From positions 1 to 54,585 of IMG/VR virus record IMGVR_UViG_3300021066_000072: a stretch of DNA of 54,585 bases. One strand, given 5' to 3'. The notes below the pieces were generated by a model. It did no database searches. It saw nothing but the letters and a program-made list of their open reading frames with translations, and had not been told where the DNA came from. Numbering within the stretch: the stretch's first letter is position 1; each line of letters starts with the position of its first letter. This document shows, piece after piece, positions 1-7,855 of the stretch. Position numbers and translations under genes: made by a program. This stretch comes from a virus (lineage: Duplodnaviria; Caudoviricetes).

Positions 1-15
1 GTGGTCTGGGATGTA

Positions 16-141
16 AAATAATACGACTGCGCTCCGAGGGATTTGAAATCAAAGAAATCGTTTCTTGCCTCAGGGACTTCTCATGAAGCCATATCTCGAT
101 CTCTTGCTTGACGTGCTGGCAAATGGCGAACTCCGCACCGA
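16..141 (+). repeat. Terminal direct repeat, left copy (circular overlap)
   Basis: AAATAATACGACTGC...CTCCGCACCGA identical to 54460-54585 (126 bp); positions 1-15 match 54445-54459 at 11/15. Confidence 0.95.
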
Positions 142-250
142 CCGCACTGGCGTTGGGACAATCTCTCTATTCGGCACCCAGACGCGCTACGACTTGCGCG
201 AAGGGTTCCCAGACGGCAACGAAGTGCAAATCGCTGAAATCTGTGGATGA
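83..250 (+). pseudogene. thyA: Truncated thymidylate synthase (N-terminal ~43 aa only)
   Basis: [43 protein letters not shown] matches the ThyA N-terminus (DRTGxGT, GFP), then diverges and stops; ATGA overlap with the upstream gene across the junction. Confidence 0.85.
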
Positions 251-254
251 ATAA

Positions 255-596
255 ATGATCTGCAAATGCGGAAACGAGGCTCGCTACGTCGATGCACGCG
301 GCGAGACATGCTGCGCTCTATGCCCTCTCAGAGAAGGAATAGAGTCATGGCGAATTGCCGATGTGCCCGAGATTATCGGGAGGCTCAAGCGCGAGATCAA
401 ATTTGTACGCTGGTCGCATGTTCACGACGACGGCCTAGACCTTCCCCGCAAGAGATACGAAGAACACATCGACACGTTGCCGCCCGGGAAAACATGCAAC
501 CTGTTCTCGGATGCGCTGAAAGACTTCGACCAAATGCGGGCGGAGAGAAACGAACTCAGGCTTCGATTGGATGAGGCCAATAGGAGGACTCTATGA
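255..596 (+). CDS. Hypothetical protein, N-terminal Cys cluster (CxC...CCxxC), C-terminal coiled coil
   Basis: ORF; ATGA coupling to next gene. Confidence 0.65.
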   Translation: MICKCGNEARYVDARGETCCALCPLREGIESWRIADVPEIIGRLKREIKFVRWSHVHDDGLDLPRKRYEEHIDTLPPGKTCNLFSDALKDFDQMRAERNELRLRLDEANRRTL

Positions 597-811
597 CCCA
601 GTCGGAACGTGACCGCGCAACAATCACCGCGCTGAAGATTGCGCTTGAGCAGGCAGCCGACCTTATTCAGGAGGAGGTCGATAGGGAGGGCAATTGGAGT
701 CCAGAGGCCGCCGCATGGCTGGCTGGCCAGATTGACCGCTACCTCGCCATGACCGCCGAAGGCTGGGATGCGCTGCCGGTTGAGATCACCGGTCCAGGCG
801 GTGAGTCGTGA
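593..811 (+). CDS. Hypothetical protein
   Basis: GGAGG SD; coupled overlaps at both ends. Confidence 0.7.
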   Translation: MTQSERDRATITALKIALEQAADLIQEEVDREGNWSPEAAAWLAGQIDRYLAMTAEGWDALPVEITGPGGES

Positions 812-1086
812 TGTGGACACCTGACAAGCATGGACAGCTTATTGGACCGTTTGGGTCTTCGCTGTCCTTCCTTCGTCGGCGCTGGCAGCGAAAACATGGT
901 GGAGTCTGGTGCCAATTCCATAGCCTGGCCCGTTACTCACCCTTTCCGCCCGAGTGGCGCTGGAAGCCACCGAGCGAGACGCGGTTCATTCTTGACAATC
1001 AGGGGCTATCTGCAGCACTCCGGAGAGGGTCTAGCGTTTGGATTGAGGTTGAGCAATGCGACCTGCCAGGAGCTCGGTCACTATGA
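808..1086 (+). CDS. Hypothetical protein
   Basis: GTGA and ATGA overlaps with neighbours. Confidence 0.55.
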   Translation: MMWTPDKHGQLIGPFGSSLSFLRRRWQRKHGGVWCQFHSLARYSPFPPEWRWKPPSETRFILDNQGLSAALRRGSSVWIEVEQCDLPGARSL

Positions 1087-1580
1087 CCTTCTCAATCATC
1101 GTCGCCGCCGACCGCAATAACGGCATCGGCAAAGACGGCAAGATGCCGTGGCCGAAGCTCAAGCACGACCTCGAGCACTTCAAGAAACTGACAATGGGCC
1201 ACGCGGTCATTATGGGCCGCAAAACCTGGGACTCACTACCGGAGAGCGTGAGGCCGTTGCCCGGAAGGGAGAATATCGTTTTGAGCCGCGGACCATGGCG
1301 GGCTGACGTCCCGAACGTAAAGTCGCTCGAACAAGCGTTGCTTGTGGCGCATGTCGTGTCGCCGTCCCGCGGCAAATTCGCCATCGGTGGCGGCGAAATC
1401 TACCGCCTCGCTCTCGCCCATCCTGACTGCGGCGACGTCTACCTGACACGAATTGACGCCGAATGCGACTGCAACGTGACATTCCCGGACATCACCCAAA
1501 CACATCAGCTGCGGAGGGTGATCGGAGAGTGGTCGGAGCCGGTTCCTTACCGGATTGAGCTGTGGAGTCAACCGTGGTGA
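1083..1580 (+). CDS. folA: Dihydrofolate reductase
   Basis: IIVAADRNNGIG..MPW..DLEHFK..VIMGRKTWDS..PLPGRENIVLSR..IGGGEIY..YLTRI. Confidence 0.95.
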   Translation: MTFSIIVAADRNNGIGKDGKMPWPKLKHDLEHFKKLTMGHAVIMGRKTWDSLPESVRPLPGRENIVLSRGPWRADVPNVKSLEQALLVAHVVSPSRGKFAIGGGEIYRLALAHPDCGDVYLTRIDAECDCNVTFPDITQTHQLRRVIGEWSEPVPYRIELWSQPW

Positions 1581-1634
1581 TGGCCGAGGAAACGCTCGTA
1601 GTCTCGTCGCCTTATCTGCTCCTGTCGATTTTTG

Positions 1635-1663
1635 TTGCGCAACGTCCGACGTGCTGCTAGATT
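1635..1663 (+). promoter_or_regulatory. Sigma70-like promoter, probably leaderless
   Basis: TTGCGC-17 bp-TAGATT with TGn extension; ATG at 1670 follows after 6 nt; related TGCTAGAGTAATCA at 1968-1981. Confidence 0.5.
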
Positions 1664-1669
1664 AATCAC

Positions 1670-1957
1670 ATGTCGATCACCACCACCTACCCCTACGAAG
1701 ACGTCGACCCGGGCGTTGCCCGTCACCAGTGCACCGAGTGCGGTAAGTGGGAGCGCGCGGATAAGGGCGCGATCCGCCACAGCAAGGGGTGCGCCAGTCG
1801 CGCGCAGGCGACCCCTGCCGCGCCGTCACAACCCCTGCAACGGTTCGCGTCGAACGTGCGCCGCACCGGTCTGACACTCGGCCGCGATTCCGACACCCTC
1901 GACGCGGTTCGTGCGGGATATTTGTCGGTGGACGACGCGATGAACACGGACGACTGA
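1670..1957 (+). CDS. Small Zn-finger-like protein (CxxC...HxxxC)
   Basis: ORF directly after the promoter motif. Confidence 0.65.
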   Translation: MSITTTYPYEDVDPGVARHQCTECGKWERADKGAIRHSKGCASRAQATPAAPSQPLQRFASNVRRTGLTLGRDSDTLDAVRAGYLSVDDAMNTDD

Positions 1958-2002
1958 TTTTACGCGTTGCTAGAGTAATCAAAAGAAGGGGGAGCAAGAA
2001 AA

Positions 2003-2305
2003 ATGACCAACCAATCCAACCAAAAAAGTGGTCTGGCCCCACGAGCAGATGGTTTCAAGGCAGGGTACGACGATTATATCGGGCGGGCTGAAGAGGTAAG
2101 GCGCGGAGCGGAGGAGCTTGACTGGGCTTGGCCCTACAGCGGCGCAGACGACGCCTATATCAACGCGGTTGGCACTGGCGCCATCTGCCGGCGACTCAGA
2201 ATCTCCGAGTCCAAGTGGGAGGATATCTGCGACGAGTGGCTAGAGGGATTCGAGGCCGGATACCGCAAGGCTCGCGCCGATCACGAGGGGGAAGTGCCTG
2301 CATGA
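2003..2305 (+). CDS. Hypothetical acidic protein
   Basis: GGGGAG SD; ATGA overlap with next gene. Confidence 0.7.
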   Translation: MTNQSNQKSGLAPRADGFKAGYDDYIGRAEEVRRGAEELDWAWPYSGADDAYINAVGTGAICRRLRISESKWEDICDEWLEGFEAGYRKARADHEGEVPA

Positions 2306-2787
2306 CCGACCCAAAGCGCGGCCGTGGCCGTCCGCCCGGTGCAACGTCCGCCGCGATCCTGTCTGCAATCGAGTCCTCACCCGACGCGACAGACCTGGAG
2401 ATCGCTGCCGCACTAGGGATCTCGCGCCAACACGTGGGCGCGATCCGTGCGACCCGGTACGGCCCCAGGCCCAAGAAAGTCGCAAAGACACGCAAGGTCA
2501 CGATCAGGCTCGACGCCGCGGAGTGGGATCTCCTCCGGCCTGGAGAGGACATGAGCGGCCGTGTGCGCAATGCGCTCGCACACGTCGAGCGACTCAGGGC
2601 GGCCTTGGCGCGTGCGTGCTTGGAGTTTGTGCACGCGTCTGGAGTCGAAAACTTGTCACGCGCGAACGCCGAGCGCCTGGTCGATTGGTTGCAACTCGTT
2701 GCCCGAGCGGATCTAGGCGAGCTCACGACCTTGGACGAGGTGACGGAGACAATGGCCCGCCTACAATCGGTCGTTTTAGACCGCTGA
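2302..2787 (+). CDS. DNA-binding protein (AT-hook-like plus HTH)
   Basis: KRGRGRPP followed by TDLEIAAALGISRQHV. Confidence 0.7.
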   Translation: MTDPKRGRGRPPGATSAAILSAIESSPDATDLEIAAALGISRQHVGAIRATRYGPRPKKVAKTRKVTIRLDAAEWDLLRPGEDMSGRVRNALAHVERLRAALARACLEFVHASGVENLSRANAERLVDWLQLVARADLGELTTLDEVTETMARLQSVVLDR

Positions 2788-2791
2788 AACG

Positions 2792-3610
2792 TCAGCGGCT
2801 CGCCAGCCAGCGACTGATCGCCTTGTGCGGGTCGCCTTTTCGGGCTGGGTCGAGTGTGACGTGCCCGACCACGGGCAGGCCGGAGATCATGGTCTGCGGC
2901 GCCCAGGACTGCGGTGCTCCATTAGCGGCAATCCCCCAACCCTCTGGATACGGGGCTATCACCGGGCAATGGCCAAGCGCTTCGAGTAGTCGGGCCAGCT
3001 CCTCCAACTGCCACTCGGTCGGTCGGTGCAAGCCGCGGCTCTTATTCCTGTCGTCGACAATCACGTCGGCCGGATCCAGAGGGGCACCGTGAGGGTGCCA
3101 CCCGTTGTCGTATTCACCCGTGCGCCACTGCCCTGCGATCAAACGCACCTCGCCCGCATTGTGGACCTCGATCCCAATCGACACGGAGTTCGGATGGATC
3201 CTCTGGCCGCCGGCAGTGAACCAGCCGTGCGCGGGTTTGCCGCCGGCGTGGTTGCCGTTGCGAGCGCAGTCGATCATCTGAACAGTCCCGTCAGTCTCAG
3301 TTCGACCCACGAGAAAATGTGCGGCGTTGCCGGCGCCGGGTCGGCTCGCCCAGGCCTTGACCAGAGCGTCGAAAGAGCCCGGGGCCATATCCGTTGTGTG
3401 TACGACGACGGCCCAGGGACGGATTGCGCGGCCAACGCGCCCGGAGTGGCACGGAACCCATCTGGCCCAGGTGAGGCGCCCGCCATCCCACTCGCTCGGC
3501 TCTTCGTCGTCGGGTTCTCCGGACGTATTCCAGTCGCCAACTGACTCGGCTGGTACTTCGCGAACGCGAGCAAGGGCCGCCCAAAACTCAGACCACAGAC
3601 TGCCGATCAT
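2792..3610 (-). CDS. Endolysin, N-acetylmuramoyl-L-alanine amidase (Amidase_2)
   Basis: VVVHTT, AHFLV, NHAG, NSVSIGIEV, VGH..RKGDP Zn-amidase motifs. Confidence 0.9.
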   Translation of the reverse strand: MIGSLWSEFWAALARVREVPAESVGDWNTSGEPDDEEPSEWDGGRLTWARWVPCHSGRVGRAIRPWAVVVHTTDMAPGSFDALVKAWASRPGAGNAAHFLVGRTETDGTVQMIDCARNGNHAGGKPAHGWFTAGGQRIHPNSVSIGIEVHNAGEVRLIAGQWRTGEYDNGWHPHGAPLDPADVIVDDRNKSRGLHRPTEWQLEELARLLEALGHCPVIAPYPEGWGIAANGAPQSWAPQTMISGLPVVGHVTLDPARKGDPHKAISRWLASR

Positions 3611-3614
3611 GGCT

Positions 3615-3878
3615 TTACTCCTGTCCTTCTGCGGTCAGCGACCAACCCTCGCCTTCGCGCGGTCCCTCGCGATGCACGCATGGATCACAACAATTGCAGC
3701 CGCGCATGTCCCAGACGCCGGAGTCGACGTCCCACAGCGCGGCGTGATCGGTAAGGGCCTGCTCGGTCGCGCCGTTGTCAGTGGCGTCACGGATTCGTGC
3801 GGCCACGCCAACTGAATCAGTGCAGACGCGACATCTCGCCCGACCAGTCGGACATTTTGGCGGTCGCGACCGACTCAC
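3615..3878 (-). CDS. Cys-rich hypothetical protein
   Basis: GTGA overlap with upstream stop; CxxC and CxCCxxC. Confidence 0.5.
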   Translation of the reverse strand: MSRSRPPKCPTGRARCRVCTDSVGVAARIRDATDNGATEQALTDHAALWDVDSGVWDMRGCNCCDPCVHREGPREGEGWSLTAEGQE

Positions 3879-4999
3879 GGCCACGGCACCTGATCAGCAA
3901 CGTCCCTGACGGCGTCCATCGCCTCAGGCGACGGCTCCGCCGCGGGATCAGCGCTCTCGTAGGCGATCGCCCCGATGAACGCCTGCCAAGGCGCTGGTCG
4001 GCCGTCGAGCCCAACGTGGTCCCAGAGATCAAATGTCCCCGGCGAGCCCAGCTGCGTCGGAGAATACTGCAGCGACGAAAACGCCGTGGGTGACTGCGTG
4101 AGCATGAACCTCGCGAACGGCCACGAGTCATGCCCCGTGCGCTGCACCGGCACGTCGGCGATACAGTTGGTGGTGCCCAGGGGGACGTGCGCTCCAGCGG
4201 ATGGGTGCCGAGCGATTGCCGAGCCGTCACAGGACCAGGCCGCAATCGACGTCAGATAATTGAGTCGCACAGTTCGCGGTCCCTGCTCTGCCCAGGACAG
4301 CGGCGGATCGGAACGGAGTGAGACAAAATACCCAGGCAAGCATCGCTGAACTCTGACCGTTTTCCAGACCTTGACGTATCGAACCGACTGGAGCGTTTCG
4401 CCGTCGCGGTTGTATATCGAGAAGCCAAATCCATTCTTGGCCGTCGGCCCGCAATTCGGATAGCGGCCTAGCTGGCACACGTTTGGAGCGCGCAAGCCGT
4501 CGAGCCGTATCTCGTCCCACTCGTAGGCGAGTTCGATCTCTTGCGACGACGCCAGCAGGACCCGAACGCGGTTGGCGTCGCCCTTGGGCTCGCCCGACGA
4601 ATACTTGACCCCATCCCCCCACTGCGGGGACATCGCGTCGTGCCAGTGGCTGCCGTTGTTGTGGCAAGCAGCGGAGACACACCCGTCGGCCTCGCTGACC
4701 TCCGGTGCATCCACGTGGCGACCGGCAAGCACGTGATCCATGTGCCGATTTGCGATTTCCACAATCGAACCCTGATCGCTGTGATCCATCACGTGCGCGC
4801 CGTAACGGATCCGCACAATCCCATTATCGACCGTGAGATTACGAATCCCCGTCGTCAGAACGTCGCCAGTGGAAATGGCGACGGAAGAGCTGACCGGAGG
4901 ACAGTAGTGCGCCACAAGTGGCAGCGGCTGCCCTCCCTCGGACTCGAGGACGTCACAGGCCGGTAGCGCTGCAACAAACAATAGTGCAGCGCGCCTCAT
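3875..4999 (-). CDS. Predicted lipoprotein (~374 aa), unknown function
   Basis: MRRAALLFVAALPA-C lipobox-like signal; ATGA overlap with o-spanin. Confidence 0.7.
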   Translation of the reverse strand: MRRAALLFVAALPACDVLESEGGQPLPLVAHYCPPVSSSVAISTGDVLTTGIRNLTVDNGIVRIRYGAHVMDHSDQGSIVEIANRHMDHVLAGRHVDAPEVSEADGCVSAACHNNGSHWHDAMSPQWGDGVKYSSGEPKGDANRVRVLLASSQEIELAYEWDEIRLDGLRAPNVCQLGRYPNCGPTAKNGFGFSIYNRDGETLQSVRYVKVWKTVRVQRCLPGYFVSLRSDPPLSWAEQGPRTVRLNYLTSIAAWSCDGSAIARHPSAGAHVPLGTTNCIADVPVQRTGHDSWPFARFMLTQSPTAFSSLQYSPTQLGSPGTFDLWDHVGLDGRPAPWQAFIGAIAYESADPAAEPSPEAMDAVRDVADQVPWP

Positions 5000-5334
5000 G
5001 GCTGTGCCCCGGCGTTTCGTTGAGCGTTGAGGCAGAGTTCGGCCGCGTCGGCCCACAGGAAGCTGTCAACCATCCAGTCCCAGAGCGCTTTGAAGTCGGA
5101 CTTGCTGATGCTGTAGCGGTCGAGAGACGGATCATGGACGAGTCCGAGTCGGCTGGGCGGTATCGGCTGCGGCCCCGGATCCAGACACGGTACCGGCGCC
5201 GGCTGCACCACTATCGGCGCCGGTCGAGGCGCCTCGACGTCGGGTGAGCTCTTGCGCGCGCTCCAGCAATTCATGCTCGAGAGCAAGAGCGGCGTCAGCA
5301 GGGCTGCGGTCAACAAGGATTCTTTTCCGGGCAT
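4996..5334 (-). CDS. Probable o-spanin (Rz1-like lipoprotein)
   Basis: Hydrophobic signal ending in Cys, Pro-rich, overlaps i-spanin in another frame. Confidence 0.65.
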   Translation of the reverse strand: MPGKESLLTAALLTPLLLSSMNCWSARKSSPDVEAPRPAPIVVQPAPVPCLDPGPQPIPPSRLGLVHDPSLDRYSISKSDFKALWDWMVDSFLWADAAELCLNAQRNAGAQP

Positions 5335-5596
5335 CGGCGCGTAACTCCTCCGAGGCCTGATGCCTCAACTGCAGCGCCTCGCGGTCGGCGGCGATCGCCC
5401 TGAGCTCGGATTCCTGCCGTCGGACCGACGCAGCAAGGGAGTCACGCTCGGACGCGAGATGCCGGAGAGTCTCGGACTGGGCGAGTTGCTCTCTTGCACG
5501 GCCCTCAACATGGGCGAGATGCCGCCACGTGAGCGCGACAAATGCCGCTCCGAGGCCGGCGGCCAGCACTGAGACAGCGATAATTGCGGCGAGCAT
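5132..5596 (-). CDS. Probable i-spanin (Rz-like)
   Basis: N-terminal TM helix then coiled coil; overlapped by a lipoprotein gene. Confidence 0.65.
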   Translation of the reverse strand: MLAAIIAVSVLAAGLGAAFVALTWRHLAHVEGRAREQLAQSETLRHLASERDSLAASVRRQESELRAIAADREALQLRHQASEELRADARKRILVDRSPADAALALEHELLERAQELTRRRGASTGADSGAAGAGTVSGSGAAADTAQPTRTRP

Positions 5597-5605
5597 AGGA
5601 CGCGT

Positions 5606-6094
5606 TTACGCCTTCGGCGTCGGCGGCTCAGGTCGCAGGTAAACCGCAGCAGCCGCGAACAATGCCCCTAGCGACGTCTGCCAGTCGAAGCTGCCAGTCG
5701 CACTCAACGAGGCGCACACGGACGCAAGCACGCCGGATGCCGTCACCAGGACGGGGGACCATCTTTTGAGCCAAGACAGAGACCAGCGAGCCGAAGCCCA
5801 GAGCAGCGTACGCGCCAAGCCGAACAAACTCAGGACGACGAGGAAAAACCAGCGCGACGTCTTGAAGGCTCCCTTGACGTCTTGGGCGAACCCTCCCGGG
5901 TCTTCGACCGGGTCATGGACGGCCGGTGCCGGCACCGGCGTCGGAGGCACCGCAGCTGCTGGAGTCTCGATCCCGGCGTCCGACGATATCGCGACCTCCG
6001 CCACGGCTTCGGCCTCTGCTCGCGAAGCCGCGTAATACAGCCCGCAGCCGGTCAATACAGCGCACACAAAAAACGGCACGACGATATAGCGCAT
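5606..6094 (-). CDS. Multi-TM membrane protein, holin candidate
   Basis: Signal/TM segment plus three C-terminal hydrophobic segments; upstream of the spanins. Confidence 0.55.
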   Translation of the reverse strand: MRYIVVPFFVCAVLTGCGLYYAASRAEAEAVAEVAISSDAGIETPAAAVPPTPVPAPAVHDPVEDPGGFAQDVKGAFKTSRWFFLVVLSLFGLARTLLWASARWSLSWLKRWSPVLVTASGVLASVCASLSATGSFDWQTSLGALFAAAAVYLRPEPPTPKA

Positions 6095-6098
6095 TGTT

Positions 6099-6470
6099 TC
6101 ACTCCGATTCAGAGGTGCGCCCCGCCAGTCTGGCAAGGAGCACAGAGAGTCGAGCAGCCATGGAGGCGTCGCTAACCTCGAGTGCTCGGATTCGAATTGC
6201 ACTATCGCGAACGAGCTCTGCCTGCACCCTGGACGCCTCCGCAGAGGCGCCCGCTGATAGCAGCGCTCGCACGACAAATATTGTTGCCGCGACAAAGGTG
6301 CCCACGCCGCCACCGATGGCGGCACGAATCCAGTTCTTGCGCCGCTCGCGAGCAAGTCTTTCCGCCCTGCAGGCGGCAACTCCTGCCCGAATCTCCGCGA
6401 ATTCCGCCCACGATGGCATGTCGGCATCAACCTCTCGCCGAATGGCATCAGTGTCGACCTCGCGAGGCAT
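6099..6470 (-). CDS. Single-TM coiled-coil protein (holin/antiholin candidate)
   Basis: AAIGGGVGTFVAATIFVVRALL TM segment; position in lysis region. Confidence 0.55.
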   Translation of the reverse strand: MPREVDTDAIRREVDADMPSWAEFAEIRAGVAACRAERLARERRKNWIRAAIGGGVGTFVAATIFVVRALLSAGASAEASRVQAELVRDSAIRIRALEVSDASMAARLSVLLARLAGRTSESE

Positions 6471-6473
6471 CGT

Positions 6474-6689
6474 TTAGGGCCGCAGATCGCGGGGCTGTGG
6501 AAGTGCCAGGCGAGTTTTCCACTGGCGATCTATTGCTCGCTCCTGAACACGAGCGGTGATCTGGTCGTCACGTGGATGGTCGAGCAGCGCGTGCACCGCG
6601 AGTGCACGCTCCATGTCAGACAAGTCCCATGCCGCGCTGGCCGCATCAATTGCCATCGCCCTCGCTCTAATTCGCGGTGTTTCCTCCAT
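6474..6689 (-). CDS. Hypothetical protein
   Basis: AGGAG SD; fits operon. Confidence 0.6.
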   Translation of the reverse strand: MEETPRIRARAMAIDAASAAWDLSDMERALAVHALLDHPRDDQITARVQERAIDRQWKTRLALPQPRDLRP

Positions 6690-6698
6690 GGCGACTCC

Positions 6699-7352
6699 TT
6701 AGGTTATCAGCATTGTTAGATAGGGCTGGACTGAGGCAACAGGAGCGGTGGTTGTGAATGCAAGCGGGGTATTCAAATTGGCTGACGGCTGACACGAGCT
6801 ACGGAGGCGCGACATCCCGACCACGTCAGCCCCGAGGACGAACCGCATGGACTTATTTGTGGTTTCATATGCGCATGCGGTGATCAGCCAAATACCCAGA
6901 TCCTTCGCCAGGCTAAAGGAGCTTACAGTTTTCGTTATCAGCGTGGTAGCGCTCAGCGCCTGGGCCTCAGCGTCAAACGACACAGCTGCGAGGATTGTCA
7001 GATTAAGACTCGCCTGCAGGGCAGTCGGAACTGGACCAGAGGCGATTGCTGCTTCTGCCCAGTTGAGAGACGCGCCACCAGCCCCGGCCACGGCAGCGCC
7101 GCTATGCAGATAGATATGTAGATCGGCCGCAGTGATATCTCGCGGAGCCTGACCAACATACCTCGCGTACGAGCGACTCGAGGTCATTGTCAGAGGACCG
7201 CCGCTTTCGAAGGTCCCTGCGTCGGGGAAAAACTTCTGCTGTCCTGTGACGCCGCCGCTGGCACTAACGGTACCAGTGACACTCACAGATGGGGCTACCA
7301 CAGGGCCGAAACCCACCGTGTAACCGCGCCAGCCTGGGATTGGATAACCCAT
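6699..7352 (-). CDS. Putative receptor-binding/virion protein, paralogous to the C-terminus of the Mtd_N fibre
   Basis: Collinear motifs shared with 20493-21458 (see findings). Confidence 0.6.
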   Translation of the reverse strand: MGYPIPGWRGYTVGFGPVVAPSVSVTGTVSASGGVTGQQKFFPDAGTFESGGPLTMTSSRSYARYVGQAPRDITAADLHIYLHSGAAVAGAGGASLNWAEAAIASGPVPTALQASLNLTILAAVSFDAEAQALSATTLITKTVSSFSLAKDLGIWLITACAYETTNKSMRFVLGADVVGMSRLRSSCQPSANLNTPLAFTTTAPVASVQPYLTMLIT

Positions 7353-7354
7353 GG

Positions 7355-7846
7355 CTAACCCCTCACGTAGCGGGGGAAAAAGAGCTCTACGTTAAACGTC
7401 GGACTCGAGCTGCCGCCAATGGTGCCCAGCTCGATCTGGATACCGTCGCAGTGACCGGGATAAAGCAGCGGCTCGCTGTGCCGAAGCTTTCCGGTCGAAG
7501 TGATCCCGAAGGCGGCTCCGTTGTTTATCTTGCCCTTGTCAGCGTCCGTCCCGATCCCGGCCGGGAAAGCTTTTTGCGCGACGAGGTCATAGATCCAGAC
7601 CCGAGCGTAGGCGATCGACAATGCCCCCGACCCGGCCGTCTCATAAATCCGTATCGACGCGTCTTCGGGCCAGATAAATCCAGCACCGAGCTCTTTGAGT
7701 GCAAAGAACTGACTCGAGGTTGGGAACTTTTGCAGGACAGCGTTCGGTGCTCCGTCAGCCGGGATGCCGTTGGCCGATCCGCAATTCTCCAGGAGGCGAA
7801 CTACCGTGCCGCGCTTGCCGTTGCTCTCTTGTGCTCCAGTGGCCAT
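7355..7846 (-). CDS. Putative virion structural protein
   Basis: GAGGAG SD; beta-rich Gly/Ala composition; in late operon. Confidence 0.55.
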   Translation of the reverse strand: MATGAQESNGKRGTVVRLLENCGSANGIPADGAPNAVLQKFPTSSQFFALKELGAGFIWPEDASIRIYETAGSGALSIAYARVWIYDLVAQKAFPAGIGTDADKGKINNGAAFGITSTGKLRHSEPLLYPGHCDGIQIELGTIGGSSSPTFNVELFFPRYVRG

Positions 7847-7855
7847 TGCAACTCC

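Noticed and set aside
1-141. Biological direct terminal repeat
   Set aside because: The 141-bp overlap cuts through coding sequence and matches a common assembler k-mer length; the four mismatches in the first 15 nt look like read-end noise
83-1580. DNA hypermodification pathway (thyA/DHFR/MazG/HAD)
   Set aside because: thyA lacks its catalytic region, and no phage DNA polymerase, kinase or transferase for modified bases was recognised
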